This document shows positions 27,838-37,291 of a stretch of 64,000 nucleotides of DNA, piece after piece. Within the stretch, counting starts at the first letter, position 1. Every line of letters starts with the position of its first letter. The translations under genes and the position numbers were made by a program. The stretch spans positions 32,001 through 96,000 of the forward strand of contig JBGTGT010000011.1 in the NCBI GenBank assembly GCA_041746575.1. Direction: 5' to 3'. Source of the stretch: Microcystaceae cyanobacterium. Its GTDB lineage: Bacteria > Cyanobacteriota > Cyanobacteriia > Cyanobacteriales > Microcystaceae. The notes under the pieces were generated by a model. It saw only the letters and a list, made by a program, of their open reading frames with translations. It had not been told where the DNA came from and did no database searches.

Positions 27838-29261
27838 CTATTTTGATCATCGCTTGGTTGGCTTTTCCGTTTTTATTAGGCTTTACCATCTATTTATTGC
27901 CAAAATTAGATAGAATATTGGTATTTCTCGTTGCTCTTGCCTCAGCAGGATACGCGACTGTCCTATTCTTGGAGCGATCGCCCCTGACTTGGCAATTACT
28001 ACATCAGTTTGGGGTTACCTTAGTTGCCGACACCCTAAGTGCTTATTTTATCTTGACCAACGCATTAGTAACCCTTGGCGTGGTACTTTACTGCTGGAAA
28101 GGAGATAAAACGGCTTTCTTTTATGCTCAATTGGCGATTTTACACGGGAGTGTTAATTCGGCTTTTATTTGTGCTGACTTCATTAGTTTATACGTTGCCT
28201 TAGAAGTCATTAGTATTGCGGCGTTTCTCCTGATTGCCTATCCTCGCACGGAGCGATCGCTGTGGGTCGCTTTACGTTATCTTTTTGTTAGTAATACTGC
28301 CATGCTGTTCTATCTGATGGGGGCAGTTTTAGTTTATCAAGCCCATCATTCCTTTTCTTTTGAAGGATTAAGGGGTGCGCCGACCGAGGCATTTGCGCTC
28401 ATTTTTCTGGGATTATTGGTTAAAGGTGGGATTTTTGTCTCGGGATTGTGGTTACCCCTTACCCATTCTGAATCAGAAACCCCCGTATCAGCGATGATGT
28501 CCGGCATTGTGGTCAAAGCGGGGGTGTTTCCTTTAGTCCGTTGTGCTTTATTTTTAGAAGAAATTGAGCCAATTGTCAGAATTTTTGGGGTTTTAACAGC
28601 CCTTCTAGGCGTATCCTACGCGGTTTTTGCTAAAGACACCAAACGGATGCTGGCTTTTCACACGATTTCCCAGTTAGGATTTGTTCTTGCCGCACCAGAA
28701 GTGGGGGGATTTTATGCCCTGACTCACGGATTAGTTAAATCTGCGCTGTTTTTAATTGTAGGATCGCTACCGAGCCGAAATTTTAAGGAACTACATAATA
28801 AACCTCTATCTAACAGCGTTTGGCTGGCTCTTGTTCTAGCAAGCTTTTCGATCTCTGGTTTTCCTATGTTATCAGGCTTTGGTGCCAAGGTATTAACGAT
28901 GAAAAATTTACTACCTTGGCAGATAATTGGGATGAATATTGCCGCTTTTGGCACAGCCAGTTCTTTTGCTAAGTTTATCTTTCTACCACAAAAAGGGACG
29001 ACGGAAATCAAACCCGGATTCTGGCCGGCAGTCATCGTGTTAATGGGTGGACTGTTGTTAGCGAATGGAGTGTATTACGAAGCCTACACTTTCACCAATA
29101 TTATTAAGCCTTTAGCGACAATTGGGGCGGGATGGTTCGCTTATCATCTCGTTTTCAAACGAGTCATTGTCAAATTGCCAACGGCGTGGGAACGATTTGA
29201 ACATCTGATTGGGGTCATGAGTTTGCTCTTAATTCTATTATTTTGGACGAGGTTAGCCTAA
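27834..29261 (+). CDS. mrpD: Mrp/Mnh antiporter subunit D (NdhD5-like)
   Basis: DFISLYVALE, KGGIF..GLWLP, SAMMSG.VVK, KRMLAFHTISQLG. Confidence 0.9.
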   Translation: MTILIIAWLAFPFLLGFTIYLLPKLDRILVFLVALASAGYATVLFLERSPLTWQLLHQFGVTLVADTLSAYFILTNALVTLGVVLYCWKGDKTAFFYAQLAILHGSVNSAFICADFISLYVALEVISIAAFLLIAYPRTERSLWVALRYLFVSNTAMLFYLMGAVLVYQAHHSFSFEGLRGAPTEAFALIFLGLLVKGGIFVSGLWLPLTHSESETPVSAMMSGIVVKAGVFPLVRCALFLEEIEPIVRIFGVLTALLGVSYAVFAKDTKRMLAFHTISQLGFVLAAPEVGGFYALTHGLVKSALFLIVGSLPSRNFKELHNKPLSNSVWLALVLASFSISGFPMLSGFGAKVLTMKNLLPWQIIGMNIAAFGTASSFAKFIFLPQKGTTEIKPGFWPAVIVLMGGLLLANGVYYEAYTFTNIIKPLATIGAGWFAYHLVFKRVIVKLPTAWERFEHLIGVMSLLLILLFWTRLA

Positions 29262-29656
29262 TGGGACAGATCATTTTACGACTGATCATTTGGTTTCTGC
29301 TCACCGCAAATCTAAATGAGGCCAATATCATTATCGGTGTCTTGATTGCCTTTCTTTTGCCTCGTGGTTATCCCTCAAAAGCAACCCTCAAAGATTGGCT
29401 CAATGTATTGGGAAAAATTCTCGTAGCGATTCCCCAAGCTTACCTTGAAGCCTTTGAGATGATTTTTCGTCCCCATCACCGAGAAGAGATCATCAGAGAA
29501 CGTTGTCCCCCTCGGCGGACATCTGGCTTAATTTTTCTGGATATTTTCCTGATTACCTTTACTCCCAAGACAATTGTTCTGCGATATCACGAAGAAGGTT
29601 GGTACGAAGTTCATTATGTTCGAGCAGGGAAATCAGCAGTCAAGAGGGAAAATTAA
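29261..29656 (+). CDS. mrpE: Mrp/Mnh antiporter subunit E
   Basis: ITFTPKTIV motif. ATG overlaps the mrpD stop. Confidence 0.85.
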   Translation: MGQIILRLIIWFLLTANLNEANIIIGVLIAFLLPRGYPSKATLKDWLNVLGKILVAIPQAYLEAFEMIFRPHHREEIIRERCPPRRTSGLIFLDIFLITFTPKTIVLRYHEEGWYEVHYVRAGKSAVKREN

Positions 29657-29660
29657 GGTG

Positions 29661-29912
29661 ATGAATACTATTCTAATGATGATGATGCTGGCCTTGCTCA
29701 TCCCTATCTACGAAGCATGGCGCAATGAAAACGTGTGGGAACGCTTGTTAGCGTTCGGCAGTGTAGCCACTAAAACAGCGATTTTGATGCTATTTATCTC
29801 GGTTTTACGCGATGACTGGATGATTGGCGTGGTGGCAGTGATTATTTTAAGCGTCGGCAATGCAGGTTTGATGTTACTGGCGCATATCTTAAAACGGATG
29901 GGAGACGTATAA
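29661..29912 (+). CDS. mrpF: Mrp/Mnh antiporter subunit F-like
   Basis: Small three-TM protein in the F position of the operon. Confidence 0.75.
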   Translation: MNTILMMMMLALLIPIYEAWRNENVWERLLAFGSVATKTAILMLFISVLRDDWMIGVVAVIILSVGNAGLMLLAHILKRMGDV

Positions 29913-30008
29913 TCCTCAATTGGGTCATCATCTACTCCTCCGTAAAGGAGATAGGGAGATTTTTCCTTACTTTATGTTTAAAATTAACTTATTTAAACCA
30001 AATTTACT

Positions 30009-30287
30009 ATGATTAACCTATTAAGTTATGTTTGTATTGCAGTGGGTATCCTCTTTTGGTTTTGGGGAACGTCTTCTCTCCTAACCAATCGCTCGATCTT
30101 ATTCAAGCTACATAATCTGTCTGTAGCAGACACATTGGGTTCAATGGCGTTTATTTTCGGTCTTTTTCTCAAGATTCCAAAGGAATGGCCGTTATTACTA
30201 CTGGCACTTATTTCTCTCGCTCTCTGGAATACGATGTTGGGGTATGTATTGGCCTATTGTTCAGGGGGAAGGGAAAGCAATGATTGA
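30009..30287 (+). CDS. mrpG: Mrp/Mnh antiporter subunit G
   Basis: KLHNLSVADTLG motif. Confidence 0.88.
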   Translation: MINLLSYVCIAVGILFWFWGTSSLLTNRSILFKLHNLSVADTLGSMAFIFGLFLKIPKEWPLLLLALISLALWNTMLGYVLAYCSGGRESND

Positions 30288-30813
30288 TAGTTATACCTAT
30301 TTTATCGTTCTACTCTTGCCTTTAACGGCATTTATGGTGATTTTTCAAAGTAATCCTTACCACGCTATTGTTTTACGGGGCATTTTAGGGGCAATGGCCG
30401 CTTTGGTTTATGCGGTGTTAGGTGCGCCGGATGTGGCGTTAACGGAGGCTTTAGTGGGGACAATGTTGGCAGTTACCCTTTATGCCATCGCTATCCGGTC
30501 TTCTTTCGTTTTACGAGTCGGAATATTGGTAAATGAAGAGAATTTAGGGCAATTACGCGATGAAGTACAAGCCGCAATCTATAAATATTATCTTCGCTTA
30601 GAATTAGTGGCTTATGCAGATACAGAGGCATTACAGCAAGCCTTAGACAATCAAGATATTCACGGAACGTACTTACACTTTCCTGACGCAACTCATCCCT
30701 ATCAGATAACAATTAGCATTCCTTACCTTTATGAAATGATCAAAGCAGAATTGGCTTCATCCACAACCCACCTAACCTTAGTCAGTCCGAGCTATTCGGA
30801 GGGCAAAAAATAA
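30280..30813 (+). CDS. DUF4040 domain (MrpA C-terminal-like) antiporter subunit
   Basis: LGAPDVALTEALVG motif. Confidence 0.85.
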   Translation: MIDSYTYFIVLLLPLTAFMVIFQSNPYHAIVLRGILGAMAALVYAVLGAPDVALTEALVGTMLAVTLYAIAIRSSFVLRVGILVNEENLGQLRDEVQAAIYKYYLRLELVAYADTEALQQALDNQDIHGTYLHFPDATHPYQITISIPYLYEMIKAELASSTTHLTLVSPSYSEGKK

Positions 30814-31475
30814 TGAAATGGGTTTATTCAAGCGCAGGATTAGCCTTATTTATAAAAATGGTAATTTTACCTAACCCGTCGCCCGATTTCGACGGAAACG
30901 CTATCGTTAGAGCGATCGTACAAGAAAGTGGAGTTATTAACGCCGTTTCAGCTATTATTTTTTATTATCGTCTCTATGATACGATTTTTGAGGTCATTGT
31001 TTTCACGATCGCTATTTTAGGAGTTAAGTTCCTGTTAGCAAATGAAGCTCCCCTAGGGCAAATTTATCAGTTTAGGGACGAACCCTCGATTATTTTGGCG
31101 CGTTTGGGCGCAACAATTGCGGCCTTGGTTAGTATTGAGTTAGCCATTCGGGGACATCTGAGTCCGGGGGGAGGATTCGCAGCTGGGGTAGCTGGAGGAA
31201 CGGCTATTGGTTTAATTGCTATTACATCTTCGCCAGAATGGATGCGCTCAATTTATCAGCGTTGGCACGCAGCCACCGCCGAAAAAATCTCCGTTCTTTT
31301 GTTTATTCTTCTCTCGGTGATAACTTTATGGGGATTTGAATTCCCCCTAGGAGAAGTAGGAACGTTGCTCAGTGGTGGAGTGATTCCTCTCCTTAATATT
31401 CTAGTCGCTCTTAAAGTGGCTTTGGGATCGTGGGCGGTCATTTTGATTTTTATTCGCTATCGGGGATTATTATGA
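30813..31475 (+). CDS. mrpB: Mrp/Mnh antiporter subunit B
   Basis: NAVSAI...RLYDTIFE and GHLSPGGGFAAG. Confidence 0.9.
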   Translation: MKWVYSSAGLALFIKMVILPNPSPDFDGNAIVRAIVQESGVINAVSAIIFYYRLYDTIFEVIVFTIAILGVKFLLANEAPLGQIYQFRDEPSIILARLGATIAALVSIELAIRGHLSPGGGFAAGVAGGTAIGLIAITSSPEWMRSIYQRWHAATAEKISVLLFILLSVITLWGFEFPLGEVGTLLSGGVIPLLNILVALKVALGSWAVILIFIRYRGLL

Positions 31476-31639
31476 GCGATCAATCAGAGAAATTAAAGCA
31501 TAGTCGGGGTTTTAAGTCTATATTCTCCCTTATACGTTGATAGATTGACTCAAACCCTATCATCATGTTATTATGTATAGCTTACACTCCTCACCTCTCA
31601 ACTAAAAAAAGTAAAACTATTTGGTTAACGAGGTTTTTT

Positions 31640-32194
31640 ATGATTGTTTTCTGGCGATCTTCTTTGGGTATCTTATCCCTGTGTTTATTAACAGCATTAT
31701 CCGTCCATTTGCCTGTATTTGCCGATTCCATTCAAGACACGTTACGGGTGCAAAACACTGACAGTGTATCTGGACAACTGACAGAAGAAAGTATTAAAAA
31801 CGCCCTTGCGATGATGGAGAAAGCGAGAGAACAAAAGGATGTTAAAATGGTCTTGAAATATATTGCTCCTTTTGCTTATTCGACAGTGATTACAGAAGTG
31901 GATAATACTGTAATTACTATTAATCTAAATGGCGAGTTAGAGCATCAGGAATTTTTGAGTAATACTTATCAAAAAATTAAAAATCGTAAAATCCTTGATA
32001 GACGAGTTGATATTCGCATCTTGGACGATGGGCAAATGGGGATTGCTGTCGTTCGAGAAGAGAAAGAATATACCACCGAAAACGGTGATAATTTCCTCTC
32101 TCAAAGTGTGGATACGTTACGTTTTGGACTGGTGAATGGTCAACCAATGGTTGTTTCTACTACGTTAAAAGGATGGTTAGCTCCCACTCCTTAA
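31640..32194 (+). CDS. Secreted hypothetical protein, probable NTF2/SnoaL-like fold
   Basis: Signal peptide ending VFA-D, then an NTF2-like helix/strand pattern. ATG at 31640 preferred. Confidence 0.6.
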   Translation: MIVFWRSSLGILSLCLLTALSVHLPVFADSIQDTLRVQNTDSVSGQLTEESIKNALAMMEKAREQKDVKMVLKYIAPFAYSTVITEVDNTVITINLNGELEHQEFLSNTYQKIKNRKILDRRVDIRILDDGQMGIAVVREEKEYTTENGDNFLSQSVDTLRFGLVNGQPMVVSTTLKGWLAPTP

Positions 32195-32267
32195 TTGATG
32201 AGTTCAAACAACACCTCAACGTCAAAATCTTGGCAGAGCGAATATTCTTTATTAAGGTAATTAAATA

Positions 32268-32585
32268 ATGAAATACCCCTTAATTCAAACCACATTAATC
32301 GCCATTAGTACCGCAACGGTTTTTGCGCCTTTATTCATTAATGTCGCACCTGCCCAAGCGAGTTTTGGGGATTTTATGTTAGGCGTAGGAGCGGCGGCGG
32401 GTACAAGTATTCTGATCAATAGTAATCGGCGTGCGGCAGAAGCTCGCTATCGCCCCGTTTCTCCAGAGCAAGAATTTTATCGAGGGTTAGAAGACGGCAT
32501 AAATGGGGCAAGATATGACAATCCTCGCAATTCCTCCGATTATGATCGGGGTTTTCGGGAAGGGAGTCAGAGAAGACATCAATAA
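32268..32585 (+). CDS. Small secreted hypothetical protein
   Basis: Signal peptide ending AQA, a Gly/Ala hydrophobic stretch, repeated Y.RG..(D/E)G. Confidence 0.7.
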   Translation: MKYPLIQTTLIAISTATVFAPLFINVAPAQASFGDFMLGVGAAAGTSILINSNRRAAEARYRPVSPEQEFYRGLEDGINGARYDNPRNSSDYDRGFREGSQRRHQ

Positions 32586-32628
32586 AGGGTTACTTTTAAA
32601 GGTTTTTTAGTTAAAAATACCTCTAATT

Positions 32629-32702
32629 CCCCTCACCCTGCCCTCTCTCGAAAGGAGAGGAGAAAGACACATTCTTTTTTCATCGGAGGGGTTGGGGGTG
32701 AG
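32629..32702. repeat. REP-like composite palindrome between convergent genes
   Basis: CCCCTCACCCTGCCCTCTCTCGAAAGGAGAGG...GGAGGGGTTGGGGGTGAG; the outer arms are complementary. Confidence 0.65.
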
Positions 32703-32760
32703 AAAACATTTTTCCCAGTTTACGCAAACATCTAGATTTTGTAAGGCTATAGTAAACTAA

Positions 32761-34677
32761 TTATTGAGATGGTTTATTGGCAAAATAAGCTTCTAATGCC
32801 TCATTGACAAGATGATTCATCGGCCTTCCTTCTGTTTCAGCGGCCGCTTTCAAGCGCATAAACATATCATCCATGATACTCACCCGACTTTGATTTTTAC
32901 GCATCCGACGGGATGTCAAGGGGGTATAAGTGTCAGAAAATTGTCGTAATGCTTCAAAACCAACTCGATGACAAAAATCGCCAAAACATTCTGCCTCTTG
33001 TTTATGATCTCTGAAATAAACAAAAATCGGTTCAAAGAAACTTTCTAACTCTTTAATCGGTAGTTTTTGGATATAAGGCTCAGCCAATCGGATTTGATTG
33101 GAACTTCCCCCTAACCAAATTTGATAAGTATCGGGTTGACTACCAACGAAGCCTAATTCTGCCATATAAGGGCGCGCACAACCATTGGGACATCCTGTCA
33201 TGCGAATAACAAAGGTTTCCTGCGGCATACTCAGTTTATCTAACAGGTTGCGAATCCGGGCGGTAATACTGGGTAAAATTCGTTCTGATTCAGTAATCGC
33301 AAGTCCACAAGTGGGAAAGGCAGGACAAGCCATTGAAAAGCGGGTTAAAGACTCAATTTCGTTGGGATCAGTAATAATTCCCTGTTGATGTAAAATTTCA
33401 TCGATGGCGGCAACGTCTTTGGCATCAATTTCGTAAAGAATAATATTATGATTAGCTGTAAGACGCATGGGCAAGTTAAATTGCTCAATAATCATTTTTA
33501 ACGCCGTTTTTAGCTGAAAGCTACCCTCGTCTTTGACTCGACCATTTTCGACAGAAATCCCTAAAAAGTGTTTACCGTCTCCTTGTTCGTTCCAGCCTAA
33601 AAAGTCTTGATATTGCCAGTCTGGTAACGTTTGATAGGGTTCTATAGATTTCCCGAAGTATTTTTCGACGTGAGTGCGAAATTTGTCAATTCCCCAATCA
33701 TTAATTAAGTATTTCATTCGTGCGTGACGACGGTTAACGCGATCGCCATAGTCTCTTTGCGTGGCCAAAATTGCTTTCATTAAGTCATAAATATCCTCTT
33801 TTGCAACATAGCCTAAGGGATCGGCTATTCTTGCGAAGGTTTCTTCTTTATTATGCGTTCTGCCTAAACCCCCTCCTGTTAAGACGTTAAATCCTTTTAA
33901 GGTGCCTTGTTCATCGGTGATCACGACTAAACTGACATCATGAGTATAGACATCAATAGAATTATCCCCCGGTACGGTGACGCTACACTTAAATTTGCGG
34001 GGCATATAATGCTTCCCATAGAGCGGTTCTTCGGTGTTGCTAAAATTTGTCCCATTTTTTGCAGTTTGACGCGCTTTTTTGACTTCTTCGGCTTCTTCTG
34101 CACTAATAACCTTTTCTCCGTCTAACCAAATTTCGTAGTAAGCGCCGGTTTGAGGGGTGAGCAAATCAGCGACATGATTAGCATATTCCCACGCATATTG
34201 GTATTCTGCTCGGTTTTTAAAGGGTGCAGGAGGTGCCATGACGTTACGGTTTAAATCACCGCACGCACCGAGGGTTGATCCCATATTTTTGATGATTGCT
34301 GAGATAGCGGATTTTAAATTTTGTTTAAGAATGCCATGAATTTGAAATCCTTGACGGGTGGTGACACGTAGGGTGTGATTACCATATTCATCAGCGAGGC
34401 GATCAAGAGTAAGATATAAAGAAGCTGGAATGTATCCCCCCGGACTACGGGTTCGTAGCATAAATTGGTAGTCTTTTTCCTGCCCTTTAATGCGATTATC
34501 TCGGTTATCCTGTTGATATGACCCGTGAAATTTGAGAATTTGAACAGCATCTTCAGTAAAATGAGTCGTATCTTCTAGCAGTTGACTCGCTAGAGGTTCT
34601 CTAAGAAAGTTGCTTTGTTCTTTGATTCCTTCTAGTTTGGAGACTTTTGCCTTGGGTGAGGTGGGTGTTTGAACCAT
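32761..34677 (-). CDS. sir: Ferredoxin-dependent sulfite reductase with C-terminal RHH-like tail
   Basis: [28 protein letters not shown]; siroheme/[4Fe-4S] cysteines CPAFPTC and GCPNGC. Confidence 0.96.
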   Translation of the reverse strand: MVQTPTSPKAKVSKLEGIKEQSNFLREPLASQLLEDTTHFTEDAVQILKFHGSYQQDNRDNRIKGQEKDYQFMLRTRSPGGYIPASLYLTLDRLADEYGNHTLRVTTRQGFQIHGILKQNLKSAISAIIKNMGSTLGACGDLNRNVMAPPAPFKNRAEYQYAWEYANHVADLLTPQTGAYYEIWLDGEKVISAEEAEEVKKARQTAKNGTNFSNTEEPLYGKHYMPRKFKCSVTVPGDNSIDVYTHDVSLVVITDEQGTLKGFNVLTGGGLGRTHNKEETFARIADPLGYVAKEDIYDLMKAILATQRDYGDRVNRRHARMKYLINDWGIDKFRTHVEKYFGKSIEPYQTLPDWQYQDFLGWNEQGDGKHFLGISVENGRVKDEGSFQLKTALKMIIEQFNLPMRLTANHNIILYEIDAKDVAAIDEILHQQGIITDPNEIESLTRFSMACPAFPTCGLAITESERILPSITARIRNLLDKLSMPQETFVIRMTGCPNGCARPYMAELGFVGSQPDTYQIWLGGSSNQIRLAEPYIQKLPIKELESFFEPIFVYFRDHKQEAECFGDFCHRVGFEALRQFSDTYTPLTSRRMRKNQSRVSIMDDMFMRLKAAAETEGRPMNHLVNEALEAYFANKPSQ

Positions 34678-34819
34678 TGTATTCTGCTTAAACTATATAG
34701 GTGATAATTACCGTCACGTTATCTTATCTTAACGTGTGCGGTCGCTGTAAGCGCGCCTAATGGCGATCGCTCTTTCCTCTTTAACAATTGTGACATTGGG
34801 ATTTGAGTATCTAATAACC

Positions 34820-37234
34820 ATGAATCAAGTAACTGGCAGTAAAACCGTTTTATACAAAAACCCTTATCTTATCCTAAATAATCAAGGAGATAAACACCCT
34901 TCTCTAGAATTAGATGATAATTACCATCGTTTAGGCAGAGATCCGAGTCAAGTCGATTTAATTGTGCCGGAAAGTTGGGGTGTAGTCGGCAGATATCAAG
35001 CAATGTTAAAAAAAACGGGAGATGATTACACAATTTATGATGGCGATGGCATCCATCCGAGTACCAATCGTTTATTTTACAATCATAAATTAATTACGCC
35101 GCAAGAGGGTTATTTATTACAGGATGGCATGGAGATTAGAGTGGGTCAAGATCCCCACACTTGGGTGACGATCACCTATTATAATCCTAACCATTCTCTG
35201 GCGGTTAAGTCTCCCCTTCAAAAGACTGTTTCTTTGAAAAACAAATCCGTCTCATTAGGTCGGGATTCGTCCGCTAATTTAGTATTAGATTCACCGATGA
35301 TTTCCCGTCACCATGCGACGATTGATCAAGATTCGGAAGGTCGTTATATCGTCCACGATTCTAGTACTAATGGTATTTTTATTAACGGACAAAAAGTCAA
35401 TAAAACCGGCATTTTAAGCTTCAATGATTTATTACGAATTGGCCCCTATACTCTGACGTTACAAACGGATCAAGTCACAAAAGAAGATGAATTAAGGATT
35501 ATCGATCAAGGAGATTATATTCGCTTAGATGTAGAGGATTTGGTCAAGGTTGTTCAAGATAAACAGCAAAAGCCTTTAATATTACTCGATCATTTAACCT
35601 TTCCGATTGAACCGAGTCAATTAGTAGGGATTGTCGGGGAAAGTGGGACAGGAAAATCTACCTTATTACGCACCTTACTCGGCATTGAATCTTTAAGCGA
35701 AGGAAAAGTATATCTCAATGGCGAAAACCTACATCAAAAATTTAATATTTATCGAAATTTAATGGGATATGTTCCCCAAAGTGATATTGTTCATCGTGAA
35801 TTAACGGTCACCGAAGTTCTTTTTTATGCCGCACAATTACGCTTACCTCCTGATAGTGATTTTGAGGATATTATTCAAAAAACCTTAAGTCAAATTGACT
35901 TGATTCAGCGCAAAAATACTTTAGTAAAAAACTTGAGTGGTGGCCAAATTAAACGGGTGAGCATAGGGGTAGAATTATTAGCCGATCCCAAGTTATTTCT
36001 ACTGGATGAACCGACCTCTGGACTTGATCCGGGGTTAGATAAAAAGATGATGGAACTGTTAGCAAATTTAGCTGATGAAGGCCGGACGATTATTTTAGTT
36101 ACTCACGCTACAGACAATATTAAACGTTGCGATCGCATTATTTTCTTAGGCAAAGGAGGTAATTTATGTTATTTTGGTTCACCTCAAGAGGCGGTTACTT
36201 TTTTCCAAGAAAGTTCCTCACAAATTCAAACATTTTCTGATATTTATGTCCATCTTTCAGACCCTGACACGGTTCAAAAGGAAGCCCAGCGTTTTCGCAA
36301 TTCGGACTATTATCAAGATTATATTGGCAGTCGTTTAAATTATATTGCTAATGCTGCTCAATTTAAAGCGCAACAGGTTAAGCGTTCTATCTTACAGCAA
36401 TTTACGGTATTAACAGAAAGATACGGTAAGATCTTATTAAGAGATAAATTAAATTTAGGTTTATCTTTACTCACTGCACCGATAGGCATTAGCTTAATTA
36501 CCTTAGCCATTCGAGGCAAAGAGCCTTTAAGTTTACCCATTGAAAGCGATCCCAGTTTAGCTCCATTAGCATTAAGGGTGCTATTTGTTTTTACCTGCGC
36601 CGCCTTATGGGTAGGGTTAGCTAGTTCTTTACAGGAAATTGTCAAAGAATCTGCAATCTATCTACGGGAAAGATTAGTAAACTTAGGATTATTTGCTTAT
36701 TTAGGTTCCAAAATTTCGGTGCTAGGTGCGTTAGCAGTTGTCCAAAGCCTATTAATCTCTCTCGTTATTTTGATAGGGTTTAAGTCTCCTAAGCCTGACT
36801 TAATGCCGTGGGTTTTAGGGTTACCCATTACCATCTTTTTAACCTTAATGACATCTATTAGTTTAGGGTTAATGGTGTCATCAGTTGTCAAGAATATTAC
36901 CCAAGCAAATAGCGCATTACCGTTATTATTGCTGCCCCAAATTATCTTTTCTGGGGTACTTTTTGAGATGGAAGGTTTGGCTAAATATTTCTCTTGGTTA
37001 ATGTTGAGTCATTGGTCAATCAGCGCATTAGGAGCATTAGTCAATGTTAACAAAATGGTATCCGATCCTATTATTTTGTTTGATGGTACCAAGATCACTC
37101 AACCCTTTGAAGGTTCACCCGTTTATGAGGCAACGAGTGCTAATTTAGGGAAAAGTTGGTTAATGTTAATTCTTTATGCTTTCGTTTATTTAGGGATAGC
37201 CTATGCTTTACAAAAGCGAAAAGATATTCGCTAA
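34820..37234 (+). CDS. FHA-FHA-ABC ATPase-ABC2 membrane fusion (Rv1747-like exporter)
   Basis: Two FHA domains (LGRD...STN; LGRD...SRHH...STNG), GESGTGKS, LSGGQ, LLDEP, C-terminal TM domain. Confidence 0.92.
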   Translation: MNQVTGSKTVLYKNPYLILNNQGDKHPSLELDDNYHRLGRDPSQVDLIVPESWGVVGRYQAMLKKTGDDYTIYDGDGIHPSTNRLFYNHKLITPQEGYLLQDGMEIRVGQDPHTWVTITYYNPNHSLAVKSPLQKTVSLKNKSVSLGRDSSANLVLDSPMISRHHATIDQDSEGRYIVHDSSTNGIFINGQKVNKTGILSFNDLLRIGPYTLTLQTDQVTKEDELRIIDQGDYIRLDVEDLVKVVQDKQQKPLILLDHLTFPIEPSQLVGIVGESGTGKSTLLRTLLGIESLSEGKVYLNGENLHQKFNIYRNLMGYVPQSDIVHRELTVTEVLFYAAQLRLPPDSDFEDIIQKTLSQIDLIQRKNTLVKNLSGGQIKRVSIGVELLADPKLFLLDEPTSGLDPGLDKKMMELLANLADEGRTIILVTHATDNIKRCDRIIFLGKGGNLCYFGSPQEAVTFFQESSSQIQTFSDIYVHLSDPDTVQKEAQRFRNSDYYQDYIGSRLNYIANAAQFKAQQVKRSILQQFTVLTERYGKILLRDKLNLGLSLLTAPIGISLITLAIRGKEPLSLPIESDPSLAPLALRVLFVFTCAALWVGLASSLQEIVKESAIYLRERLVNLGLFAYLGSKISVLGALAVVQSLLISLVILIGFKSPKPDLMPWVLGLPITIFLTLMTSISLGLMVSSVVKNITQANSALPLLLLPQIIFSGVLFEMEGLAKYFSWLMLSHWSISALGALVNVNKMVSDPIILFDGTKITQPFEGSPVYEATSANLGKSWLMLILYAFVYLGIAYALQKRKDIR

Positions 37235-37291
37235 ATAGCCCCTTTTCCCCGACTGACGGTTAAATGGGTAGATAACAAAAGAGACCAACCC

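Noticed and set aside
31584..31602. Yfr1-like ACTCCTCAC motif
   Set aside because: It does not complete ACTCCTCACAC and the flanking stem-loops and terminator are absent.
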